DNA of 64,000 nucleotides from positions 1,389 to 65,388 of the forward strand of contig DAIQBJ010000001.1 in NCBI GenBank assembly GCA_036781225.1, given 5' to 3'. The notes beneath the pieces are model-generated. The model was given only the letters and a program-made list of their open reading frames with translations, made no database searches and had not been told where the DNA came from. Positions 18,917 to 27,263 of this stretch are shown one piece after another. The stretch is from Gemmatimonadales bacterium. Lineage in GTDB: Bacteria > Gemmatimonadota > Gemmatimonadetes > Gemmatimonadales > GWC2-71-9. Each line of letters starts with the position of its first letter. Position 1 is the first letter of the stretch. The translations under genes and the position numbers were made by a program.

Positions 18917-20793
18917 GCGTCACCGTCGATGAGCAGCGCGACGTTCGCGTCACCGGGGAAGCAGATGGCCTCGATGAAAATATCCTGAAAGTCGGGCCGC
19001 GCCGCCAGCGAGACGTGCTCGATGCGTCGAGCGAGCTCGACGGCACGCTGCCGTTCGGTCTCCGACAGCAGCGCCATCTGCGCTCCGAGCGCCGCCGCGT
19101 TGCCGACGTATCGGATTCTCTCGACGGGCAGGTCGGGCAAGAGGTGGATGCGGACGGCGCTTTCGATGCTGATGTAGTTGCCGAAGCCGCCGGCGAGCAT
19201 GAGTTCCTTGATCTGCTCGTCCGGGATGCCCATCACCTTCTTGAGCATGAGAATCCCCGAGTAGATCGCACCCTTCGCGAGCTGCAGCTGACGGACGTCC
19301 TGCTGGGTGATGGCGATGTCCTGACCGTTGCCGGACTCGGTCGCCCACACGAGGACGAACTGCCGTTCCCCGTCACGATCGATCAGGCGATCGCGCAGCG
19401 CCGGCGTCAGCAGATCGCGTTCGTCGGTGCGGAGGAGACCCGAGGGGTCGAGGATTTTCGCATCGAGCATTTTCGCAACCGCATCGATGAGTCCCGAGCC
19501 GCAGATCCCGATGGCCGGGACGCCGCCGATCACGCCGCACGTGACGTCATCGCCGATCTCAACGCGCTCGATCGCGCCCAATGCGCCTCGCATGCCGTGC
19601 TTGATCTGGGCGCCCTCGAGCGCCGGCCCGGCGGGCGCCGAGCACGCCACGAGGCGCCGCTGCGATCCCATCACGACCTCTCCGTTGGTGCCGATGTCGA
19701 CGGCGACCCTGATTTGCGGGCCGTCGTAAATCCCGGTGGCGAGCACGACGGCCATCGTGTCGGCGCCGACGAATCCCGCCACGATCGGCAACAGGCAGAC
19801 GGCGGCGTTGGGATTGGATCGGAGCAGCAGATCGCGGGCCGCGAGCACGATCGCACTGCGAACGGACGGCGCGTACGGCGCAAGCCCGACATGGGTCGGA
19901 TCGATCCCGAGGAAGATATGATGCATGCAGGTGTTGCCGACAAACACGATCTTGTACACGTGGGTCGGCGCCACCCCGGCCTGGTCGCACGCATCCTTGA
20001 TAAAGCCATTGATGGCGGCCAGCACACGCGTCTGCAGCTTCTTCAACGCCACGGCGTTGAATTGGGCGAACGCGATGCGCGACATCAGGTCGCCCCCATA
20101 CACCGCCTGCGGGTTGAGACTACCCACCGAAGCGAGTTGCTCACCCGTGTTGAGATCGATCAAGAAGCCGACGATGCTCGTGGTGCCGATGTCGAACGCC
20201 ATTCCGTACTTCTGGGCACTGGTATCGCCCGACTCGACATCGATGATGCGGCCGTTGAACGTCGTGACCGTCAACGCTCCATCCGCGTCGCGAAGCAGTG
20301 TCGGCACCTTGCGCAGAACGTCGAGCGGGAGGTTCTCTTCGACGCCGCCGCCGAGGGCGTTCAAGATCTCCTCGACGTCCGACGTCTGATGATGCTCCTC
20401 GGCCGGCCGGCCGGCGGTGATGAAGCGCTTCTCCACGCCGCTGTCCAAGGCCAGGCGCGAGTCGCGGAAGTCATGGGCACACGACAGGATCTGATGGCCA
20501 CCTTCCTCGATCGGCGGGGTGACCATCACCGAACAATCGGTCGTCACCACGGTCTGGCAGGATAGCCGGAAGCCCTCGCGGACTTGATCGTGGCCCAGCT
20601 GGACGGTGTCCATGATGGTTGGCGGCGACACCACACCCTTGAGGACCTTGATGCGGCAGCTATGACAGCGCCCGCGACCGCCACACGTCGCCATCACGTC
20701 CACCCCGGCGTCCTGCGCCGCACGCAGGAAGGTCTGGCCTGCCGCTACCGCGATGGCGCGTCCAGCCGGCTCGAACGTGACCCTGACGGACAT
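18913..20793 (-). CDS. RACo/RamA-like corrinoid reductive activator (N-terminal [2Fe-2S] ferredoxin + ASKHA ATPase domain)
   Basis: 626 aa from the ATG at 20793 (MSVRVTFEPAG...). It has plant-type ferredoxin cysteines (ATCGGRGRCHSCRIKV...LSCQT) and ASKHA motifs (GMAFDIGTTSIVG, VAVDIGTNGEVV). The track start at 20934 is an extension. Confidence 0.8.
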   Translation of the reverse strand: MSVRVTFEPAGRAIAVAAGQTFLRAAQDAGVDVMATCGGRGRCHSCRIKVLKGVVSPPTIMDTVQLGHDQVREGFRLSCQTVVTTDCSVMVTPPIEEGGHQILSCAHDFRDSRLALDSGVEKRFITAGRPAEEHHQTSDVEEILNALGGGVEENLPLDVLRKVPTLLRDADGALTVTTFNGRIIDVESGDTSAQKYGMAFDIGTTSIVGFLIDLNTGEQLASVGSLNPQAVYGGDLMSRIAFAQFNAVALKKLQTRVLAAINGFIKDACDQAGVAPTHVYKIVFVGNTCMHHIFLGIDPTHVGLAPYAPSVRSAIVLAARDLLLRSNPNAAVCLLPIVAGFVGADTMAVVLATGIYDGPQIRVAVDIGTNGEVVMGSQRRLVACSAPAGPALEGAQIKHGMRGALGAIERVEIGDDVTCGVIGGVPAIGICGSGLIDAVAKMLDAKILDPSGLLRTDERDLLTPALRDRLIDRDGERQFVLVWATESGNGQDIAITQQDVRQLQLAKGAIYSGILMLKKVMGIPDEQIKELMLAGGFGNYISIESAVRIHLLPDLPVERIRYVGNAAALGAQMALLSETERQRAVELARRIEHVSLAARPDFQDIFIEAICFPGDANVALLIDGDA

Positions 20794-21176
20794 CAGACGA
20801 TGACTTTCCGAAATGGCCGGGGAGTCGTCGCCACCGCCACCACCCCGCCCGTCACTTGAACGTCGAAGACGTCGGCCTTGCCTTCGGGAAAATGACGGTA
20901 ATGGTATTCCGCGGTGGACTGATTGACGTGGCACGCCGTCGTAAGGGGGTTCAAACCCGTGCGCGCGGAATAGCGATAGCGACAGCGGGGGCAGGACACG
21001 GTCTCGCCGTCAAGGAGTGCGCCGTCCCAGTCACAGCCGCGATGCGGACAGGTCGGCTGCAGCGCATAGACCGCGTCACCGACGCGCGCGAGCAGCACGC
21101 GGAAGCCGTCTCGGACCGCGACCCGGGCGTGGCCGGCTGGAAGATCGTGGATGCCGACGAGTGGCACGAAGTCCAT
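20793..21176 (-). CDS. Rieske-like [2Fe-2S] domain protein with atypical ligand motif
   Basis: 127 aa from the ATG at 21176 (GGGAG SD inside the alternative start at 21188). The motif is TCPHRGCDWDGALLDGETVSCPRCRY, i.e. C-x-H-x16-C-x2-C instead of ...C-x2-H. Confidence 0.7.
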   Translation of the reverse strand: MDFVPLVGIHDLPAGHARVAVRDGFRVLLARVGDAVYALQPTCPHRGCDWDGALLDGETVSCPRCRYRYSARTGLNPLTTACHVNQSTAEYHYRHFPEGKADVFDVQVTGGVVAVATTPRPFRKVIV

Positions 21177-21178
21177 GG

Positions 21179-21889
21179 TTACTCCCATGCTTCGCGCGGC
21201 TCTTTGACGAGCCGCTTGGCGAGCTGCACGGCGAGCATGGCGTCCTTGCCCCAGCCGTCGGCGCCGATCTCATCCGCCCACTGCTGGCTGGTCGGCGCTC
21301 CTCCGACGAGAATCTTGACCTTGCTGCGCAGCCCGGCTTTTGCGAACTCCTCAATGGTGACTTTCTGATAGTAAATGGTCGTCGACAAGAGCGCGGAGAA
21401 ACCAACCAAATCGGCCTTCTCGCGTTTCGCAGCGTCGATGAATTTGTCGGGATGCGTATCGGTGCCGAGGTTGATGACACGGAAGCCGGCATTCTCGAGC
21501 ATGATCGTCACGATCGTCTGACCGATGTCGTGCATGTCGCCGAGGACCGTGCCGATGATGAAGGTACCGACCGGTTTCTCGGCGGCGGCGGCGAGCAGCG
21601 GGCGGATGAGGGCGAGCCCGGTCTTCATGGCCCGTGCGGTAATGAGCATTTCCGGGATGAAGATGATCTGCTCACTGAAGCGATCGCCCTGGAGGTTGAA
21701 ACCGGGAAACAAGCCGTCATCGAGGATCGTCTTCGGATTGATGTTCGCGTCGATCGCCTTCTGGACGATCTCGTGCGCGATCTTGTGTTTGCCCTTCTCG
21801 ATGGCCACCCACAGGTCGCTCCAATCCCAGCCGGCGGGAACGCGTGACTGCCACCCGTCGGGGATCTGAAGCGTCGGTACGTTTCCCAT
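21179..21889 (-). CDS. Corrinoid (B12-binding) methyl-carrier protein, copy 2
   Basis: 236 aa with DxHxxG (GTVLGDMHDIGQTIV), SALLSTT and GGAPTSQQWADEIGADGWG. Confidence 0.9.
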   Translation of the reverse strand: MGNVPTLQIPDGWQSRVPAGWDWSDLWVAIEKGKHKIAHEIVQKAIDANINPKTILDDGLFPGFNLQGDRFSEQIIFIPEMLITARAMKTGLALIRPLLAAAAEKPVGTFIIGTVLGDMHDIGQTIVTIMLENAGFRVINLGTDTHPDKFIDAAKREKADLVGFSALLSTTIYYQKVTIEEFAKAGLRSKVKILVGGAPTSQQWADEIGADGWGKDAMLAVQLAKRLVKEPREAWE

Positions 21890-21901
21890 GCCTCGGTTCT
21901 C

Positions 21902-23071
21902 CTAGTTGAGCGGGTACTTGCCGTAGACGCCGTAGTCCTTGACCGCCTCGAGCATGGCGAAGATGTTCTGCACCGGGACGTCGGCCAGGATGTAGTGCGC
22001 GGGCGAGAAAATGTAGCCGCCACCCGCGGCAAGATTCTTCATCACGTTGAGAACGCCTTCCCGCACCTCCTCGACCTGTCCCCGCGGGAGCAGGCGTTGC
22101 ACGTCGAGGCCGCCGATCATGGCGATCTTGTCGCCAAACTTCTTCTTCATTCCTGCCTGGTCTCGGTTCCCGCCCACCGGCTGCATGAGCCCGGTCAGGT
22201 TCACGCCGAGGTCGACCTCGTCCTGCATGATCGGCGAGTAGTCGCCGCACGAATGGAACTTGAGATAGACGTCCTTGTTGACCTTCCTGAACTGCTCGAA
22301 CATATAGGCGAAGCGTGGCTTGGCCAGCTCGCGCCATGAATCCGGATCGAACATCATCCCCTGCTGGGAGCCGATGTCATCGCCGACGCGGATCAGGTCA
22401 ACGCCGAGCGCTGCCACGTTCTTGCCGAGGGCGGTGTAGTACTCGGTGAGTCCGTCCAGGACGCCGGCAATCAGCTCGGGTTCGTCGTAGATGTACAGGA
22501 AGAAATTCTGCGTGCCGACGAGATGCGCGTAGGCCGCCTCGATCAGCGTGGACGACAGGTCGACCATGATGAAGTAATCGTCCTGCCACTTCTTGCAAAT
22601 CTCTTTGATCGGGTCGAGCAATCGCGGATTAGCAGGATCGGGCCACGTGTAGTTCTTTAGGTCTTCCATCGATGTAATTGGGTGATGTTTGGGAAAGTTC
22701 TCCGGCACCACCTTTGCGGGCCCCCAGAACTCCTGGGTCTTTTCGAACTCCTTGTGTTGCTCCTCGGTCATTCCCTGCAGGCCGCTTTTGCCATAGCCGA
22801 CCTTGAAATCGCTGTACCACGTCTCGCCGATAGCGATGGGATGATGCGAGAATTCGGCGTTGATCCCGATCTGATACATGATCGCGTCGTTACCGAGCCG
22901 AAGCTCGAGCGATGGGTCGTGCTTCATGCCGGTGCCCGTGCCGTGGATTCCGAAGATGCGCGCCACCTTCTCTTTCGATTCCTTCTTGAAGCGATACAGC
23001 GTCGGCACCCGGTCGACCTTCTCGCGCCGGATTGCTCGTGCAAATCGTTCCCGAGGCCTCAGTTCGGCCAT
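21902..23071 (-). CDS. URO-D superfamily (MtaA/MtvB-like) corrinoid-dependent methyltransferase, copy 2
   Basis: 389 aa; PRERFARAIRREKVDRVP, LKFHSCGDYS, GGGYIFSPAH. A divergent paralogue of 16130-17347. Confidence 0.75.
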   Translation of the reverse strand: MAELRPRERFARAIRREKVDRVPTLYRFKKESKEKVARIFGIHGTGTGMKHDPSLELRLGNDAIMYQIGINAEFSHHPIAIGETWYSDFKVGYGKSGLQGMTEEQHKEFEKTQEFWGPAKVVPENFPKHHPITSMEDLKNYTWPDPANPRLLDPIKEICKKWQDDYFIMVDLSSTLIEAAYAHLVGTQNFFLYIYDEPELIAGVLDGLTEYYTALGKNVAALGVDLIRVGDDIGSQQGMMFDPDSWRELAKPRFAYMFEQFRKVNKDVYLKFHSCGDYSPIMQDEVDLGVNLTGLMQPVGGNRDQAGMKKKFGDKIAMIGGLDVQRLLPRGQVEEVREGVLNVMKNLAAGGGYIFSPAHYILADVPVQNIFAMLEAVKDYGVYGKYPLN

Positions 23072-23101
23072 CGCCGTCCTCCTTGTTCCGACCGTCGCAT
23101 C

Positions 23102-24076
23102 CTAGAAACCAAGCAGACGCCGGCGCTCACGGCCGGACGCCGCGATGTGCTCGGGCGTAGATCCACAGCAGAAGCCGACGAGATGCGCTCCGGCTTCGAC
23201 GAGCTGCTCGAACCGCGCCGCGGCGAATTCGGGGTCCTCGTAGGCCATGGTGGCCATGACCTGCGAGTTCGGCTTGGCCGAGACGAAGGTCCGACCGGTG
23301 AGGTCGTGCTCGGCGAAGTAGCGGCTGAACTCCCGCGTCACCACCACTGCGTCGTCCACACCGATGGTGCAATTCGCGCCGACGATATCTACGCCGAGCG
23401 CCGTAGCACCGACGAAGGGACGTTCCGCGAGCAAATCGTCGTTGCCCTCCATGATGTTGCGCACGGTGTCGCCGAAAAATGTTCGGAACGCCGCATCACT
23501 GCCGGCCGGTCGGTTCATAAAGGCGAATGTCGTGTAGATCGGAATGCTGACGCCTTCATCGGCGAACACGGTGCGCGCCGCCTCGACGGCGACCTGGCCC
23601 TCGAGCGACTGCAGCATCGTTTCGACGCAAATAGCATCAACTCCCGCACGGACAAGGGCTCTGATTTGCGCGAGCATCGACGCCATCACTTCGTCGTACG
23701 TGGCCGACTGGCCGATGATCTTCCCGGTCGGGCCGACATTGCCTCCGACGAACACCTCGCGTTCTGTCTCGGTCGCAACCTCACGCAGGAGCTTCACGCC
23801 CGCGGCATTGAAGCGATCCGCTGCCTCCGGCTCCATGTGGAACTCGGCGAGGCGCAGTGGCGTGCTATTGAAGGTGTTCGTGAGGACCAGATCGGCACCT
23901 GCCGCGATCTTGGCCCGGTAGAGCTCACGGACGACGTCCGGCGTGGTGATGTTGTACTGGTCGCAGCACTCGCCCCCGACATGCGTCACGCCGAGACGCT
24001 GCTGAAACCACGTCCCCGTGGCGCTATCGCTCAGCAGCGGCGTCCGCGATGTCAGACGTGCTAACAGCCTGCTCAC
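23102..24076 (-). CDS. Homocysteine-type Zn-dependent S-methyltransferase domain protein (MetH Hcy-module-like, stand-alone)
   Basis: 324 aa; ...ADLVLTNTFNS..., VGANCTIG and HLVGFCCGSTPEHI (the Zn-binding Cys / Cys-Cys pattern of PF02574-type enzymes). Confidence 0.8.
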   Translation of the reverse strand: MSRLLARLTSRTPLLSDSATGTWFQQRLGVTHVGGECCDQYNITTPDVVRELYRAKIAAGADLVLTNTFNSTPLRLAEFHMEPEAADRFNAAGVKLLREVATETEREVFVGGNVGPTGKIIGQSATYDEVMASMLAQIRALVRAGVDAICVETMLQSLEGQVAVEAARTVFADEGVSIPIYTTFAFMNRPAGSDAAFRTFFGDTVRNIMEGNDDLLAERPFVGATALGVDIVGANCTIGVDDAVVVTREFSRYFAEHDLTGRTFVSAKPNSQVMATMAYEDPEFAAARFEQLVEAGAHLVGFCCGSTPEHIAASGRERRRLLGF

Positions 24077-24086
24077 CCCCCCGCCC

Positions 24087-25064
24087 TCACGGCTTCTTAC
24101 TCCGGTGGTAAGCGAGGTAGTTCAGCGAGTATTCGTCCTTACCCATGAGGGCCTCGGCGGCGAGCTTGAATTCTAGACACTCCTTCGGCGAATTCATCAG
24201 CGGATCGGCCATGAGTGTGTCGCAGCCGGCGAGAATCGACAGGATAAGGAAAGCGTTATTGAGGACACGACGGTCAGGCAGTCCAAAGGAGACATTGGAG
24301 TGTCCACCGAAGATGTGCACATCGGGAAACATCTCGCGCAGCTGCTTGACGGCGTCGAGATAGTGCATGCCGAATTCCGGTCCCGCGCCAACCGGGAAGA
24401 CGAGAGCATCGAGGAAGCGATCTTCCATCGGAATGCCGTGCTCGTCCATTTGCTTCGAGAGCTCCGTGAGGTGATCGACACGCTCCTGCGCGCTGTACGG
24501 CATGCCGGAACGGCCTGACGCGTTGCCCGCGAGATAGGCGTTGTACTCCTTGGCCATCGCGTGCAGGACGTTGCGCCCTTCTTCGAGGTTTACCGAGTTG
24601 ATGAAGGGCCGACTCTTCTTCGGGTCGTGCACCTTCAGCCCCGCCTCGATGGTGTGTGGATCCGACGAGTCGATGCTAACGATTGCGTCGGTCATGCCCT
24701 GGACCGTCTGGACGATCCAGGCCATCCATTCCTTGCGCTGCTCCGGATACGGCGACATCTCATCCACGCAGAGATCGATGATGTGGGCCCCCGCCGTCAG
24801 CTGCGAGTGGACTGCAGTCTCCAGATATTTGAGGTCCTTGTTCCGAAAGCACTGCCCGACGTACGGGATCATCGCGTTGGCGTGCTCTTTCGGGTCCTCT
24901 GGGAAGGCGTCCGTCAGATCGAGTAGCCGCTTGGTCCCGGATGTGTCGTTATAAGCGAGGCCGCGCTTCTCGCCATCCTTGAGGATGCGCGGGCTGGAGC
25001 CCTTGATCTTGCGGGTGGCGTTGAGATTTTCGCCGATGACGATCAGACCCTGATGCTCGATCAT
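24087..25064 (-). CDS. Pterin-binding methyltransferase (methyl-THF:corrinoid, MetH pterin-module / AcsE / MtrH-like)
   Basis: 325 aa with N-terminal LIVIGENLNATRKI and a TIM-barrel-length body with DLCVDE. Both neighbours are C1-THF genes. Confidence 0.75.
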   Translation of the reverse strand: MIEHQGLIVIGENLNATRKIKGSSPRILKDGEKRGLAYNDTSGTKRLLDLTDAFPEDPKEHANAMIPYVGQCFRNKDLKYLETAVHSQLTAGAHIIDLCVDEMSPYPEQRKEWMAWIVQTVQGMTDAIVSIDSSDPHTIEAGLKVHDPKKSRPFINSVNLEEGRNVLHAMAKEYNAYLAGNASGRSGMPYSAQERVDHLTELSKQMDEHGIPMEDRFLDALVFPVGAGPEFGMHYLDAVKQLREMFPDVHIFGGHSNVSFGLPDRRVLNNAFLILSILAGCDTLMADPLMNSPKECLEFKLAAEALMGKDEYSLNYLAYHRSKKP

Positions 25065-26638
25065 GCCCCGCTTCCTTTCGGTCGGATGTCACGCAGACGG
25101 ATCACGGCCGGATCGTCGCCTCGGAAGTGATTCGTCCATGAGCAGGTCCCGCGCTTTGCGGCGTCGACGCTCGGGATGAGGACGTCTTCGAGGTCTAGGA
25201 GGCGGCCCGTATCGCGTGCGATCCGGTATTTCTGATTGTGGATGCACTCGCGATCCCCGAACTCGCACACGTTCTCGGTGGTGCCGCCGCATGGCCCGTT
25301 CGCAAGCCCCTTCGGGCACGTCTCGGGGCACACATAGGCCGTGTGTGGCAGGCGGCAGAATCCGCACGTCTGGCAGCCGACCAGCGGTTCCTTGACGCGC
25401 TGCTCGACCCAGCGGAGCCCGCGCTCGACCGTCGAACCGCGCGGAATCAGCCGCGCCAAAGGCTTTAAAACAATCGTCGCGGGAGAACCCTCTGCGAAAA
25501 CGAGGCGGTCGAGCCGATCAAGGCGCCGGAACTTTTCGACCTCCGCGCTCGGCGTCTCCGGACCACGAAGGTAGCGCATTGTGAGAGCATCGTTGGCAAC
25601 GTTCCATCCGCCCGGCTCCGCCAGCTCATGAAACAGGTAGTACGGTTGAGGAGCGGTGACGGTAGGAGCGCCGTAGGGTCCGCGCAGCGCGTGCCACCAT
25701 GCGTCCCACCAGGCGCCCTCGTTCGCCAGACCCCGCTCGAGCCCATCGACTTGTTGCATGAGCCGGTCGAGTTTGTCGAACTGGTGCATTCCGGTGAGTT
25801 GGAAACCCGCGAAGCCGAGTCGCTTGTAGCCAACGATCTGCAGCGCGAGGCGGCGATAGGCAGCACCGATGCCCTTGTCGGGCTGAGCAGCCTCGGCCTC
25901 CAGTCTCGCTTGGAGATCGTCCGTGATCGTGATTCCGGCGAGCTTGTTCGCGCGAATGTAGCGTGCGCGAGCAACAGTGAGCAGCATCACTCCCGCCATG
26001 ACCGGTGCCGTGAGGCCTCGCCGACGACGGTAAGCCATCAGCTCCTTGGCCTTCAGCATGTCCCATCCGACCTGCGTGATGAATGCATCGGCGCCGGCGC
26101 GCTCCTTCTTCGCCATCTTCAAGTACTGGTTCATCGATTCTTCTTCGCGATACTTGAATGGCGAGACGGCGGCGGCGATCGTCATGGCCGGTTCGGCTGC
26201 GCGAACCTGGGCGACCATGTTGACCGAATCGTAGTAGTGAACCGGACGTCCCGAAGGCGCCGTACGAACTTTGTCGCCTGTGACGAGCAGCGTGTTGTCG
26301 AGGCCGTTATCGCGCATTCGCGTGAGCGCCTCAGCGACCCAGACGGCGTCGCGGTCCTTCCCCGAAAGGTGGACGATCGGCACTTTGCCGCAGGCCTCGG
26401 CCACGCGCGCTGCGACGCGGACGGGGTCGTGGTCGTAATCGGATTTCACACGATCGGTGAGCGCGATCGTGTCGAAGCGCCCATCCGCCTTGATGTGCTC
26501 GGCCAGCTCGGTGACAGGCGCGATGGCCGACTCAAACGCCTCGTGCGCTTCTGGCGTGACATACTCGATCGAAGCGACGAATTGTCGCCGCTCGAGTCGT
26601 CGTCGCAACACGTTGTCGTGACCGGCGTCGTCCATCAA
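25061..26638 (-). CDS. Methylenetetrahydrofolate reductase (MetF-like) fused to a C-terminal MetV-type Cys-rich domain
   Basis: 525 aa. The N-terminal ~300 aa is MTHFR-like (VASIEYVTPE..., LLVTGDK, AFITQVGWD). The C-terminal ~100 aa carries CQTCGFCRLPHTAYVCPETCPKGLANGPCGG, the MTHFR-C/MetV signature. Confidence 0.75.
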   Translation of the reverse strand: MMDDAGHDNVLRRRLERRQFVASIEYVTPEAHEAFESAIAPVTELAEHIKADGRFDTIALTDRVKSDYDHDPVRVAARVAEACGKVPIVHLSGKDRDAVWVAEALTRMRDNGLDNTLLVTGDKVRTAPSGRPVHYYDSVNMVAQVRAAEPAMTIAAAVSPFKYREEESMNQYLKMAKKERAGADAFITQVGWDMLKAKELMAYRRRRGLTAPVMAGVMLLTVARARYIRANKLAGITITDDLQARLEAEAAQPDKGIGAAYRRLALQIVGYKRLGFAGFQLTGMHQFDKLDRLMQQVDGLERGLANEGAWWDAWWHALRGPYGAPTVTAPQPYYLFHELAEPGGWNVANDALTMRYLRGPETPSAEVEKFRRLDRLDRLVFAEGSPATIVLKPLARLIPRGSTVERGLRWVEQRVKEPLVGCQTCGFCRLPHTAYVCPETCPKGLANGPCGGTTENVCEFGDRECIHNQKYRIARDTGRLLDLEDVLIPSVDAAKRGTCSWTNHFRGDDPAVIRLRDIRPKGSGA

Positions 26639-26645
26639 GGTCCCC

Positions 26646-27263
26646 TTAAGTCGTCTGCAATACCCCGAAGAGGCCGGAAACAGACTTCTTCGGTGTCATA
26701 ACGCAGTACTCGCTGAGGCTCACCGGCAACGGTGCTCCGGCGAAGACAGAGAACAGGCCGGGCTGCTCGGTCAGAGCCCAGTCCATGAAGCCTGGCGCCA
26801 GCCTCGGACTAAGCCGCCGTCCCTTAGGCCGAAGATCCGCGGTGAGACGAGCGCGAAACTTTCGCAGCGCGTCCTCGATGGCCAACCATCCCGCGGTCTC
26901 GACGAAAAGCGCCTCCAGGAGCTCGTCCGACTCCGTCATCTCGGCGACGCGCGCATCCACGGCCGGGCCGATCGTGCACACGAAGCAGATGACTTCCGTG
27001 GCGTCCGCGAGATGCGTCTGGAAGCATCTTCCGTGAAACGTCGGGCCGCCGACGAGCCGCAAGGCGTCACGGTCGACTGAATCGACGGGCTGCTTGACGA
27101 AGACGACGTCGGGGACGGCGAGAGTCTCGACGAGGCGCAGCATGTCGCGCGCGACGTCACGGATCGCCGGAGCCACTTGGCTCAGGTCGCGGTAGCGCTG
27201 AAATCGCAAGACCGGATCGAGCTTTAGCTTCGGCGCCCCCGCGGCGAAACGCTCAACCGGCAT
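26646..27263 (-). CDS. Methionine-synthase activation-domain protein (SAM-binding reactivation module, stand-alone)
   Basis: 205 aa from the ATG at 27263 (MPVERFAAG...). ICFVCTIGPAVDARVAEM...ALFVETAGWLAIEDAL...LSPRLAPGFMDWALTEQPGLFSVF...MTPKKSVSGLFGV matches the MetH C-terminal module pattern. Confidence 0.75.
   Translation of the reverse strand: MPVERFAAGAPKLKLDPVLRFQRYRDLSQVAPAIRDVARDMLRLVETLAVPDVVFVKQPVDSVDRDALRLVGGPTFHGRCFQTHLADATEVICFVCTIGPAVDARVAEMTESDELLEALFVETAGWLAIEDALRKFRARLTADLRPKGRRLSPRLAPGFMDWALTEQPGLFSVFAGAPLPVSLSEYCVMTPKKSVSGLFGVLQTT

Noticed and set aside
19015-20565. 516-aa plus-strand ORF antisense to the RACo-like gene. Likewise 22682-24064, 25628-26701, 27262-28170, 41487-42482 and 43086-44075.
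   Set aside because: The same shadow-ORF signature. In each case the opposite strand carries a protein with clear family motifs.
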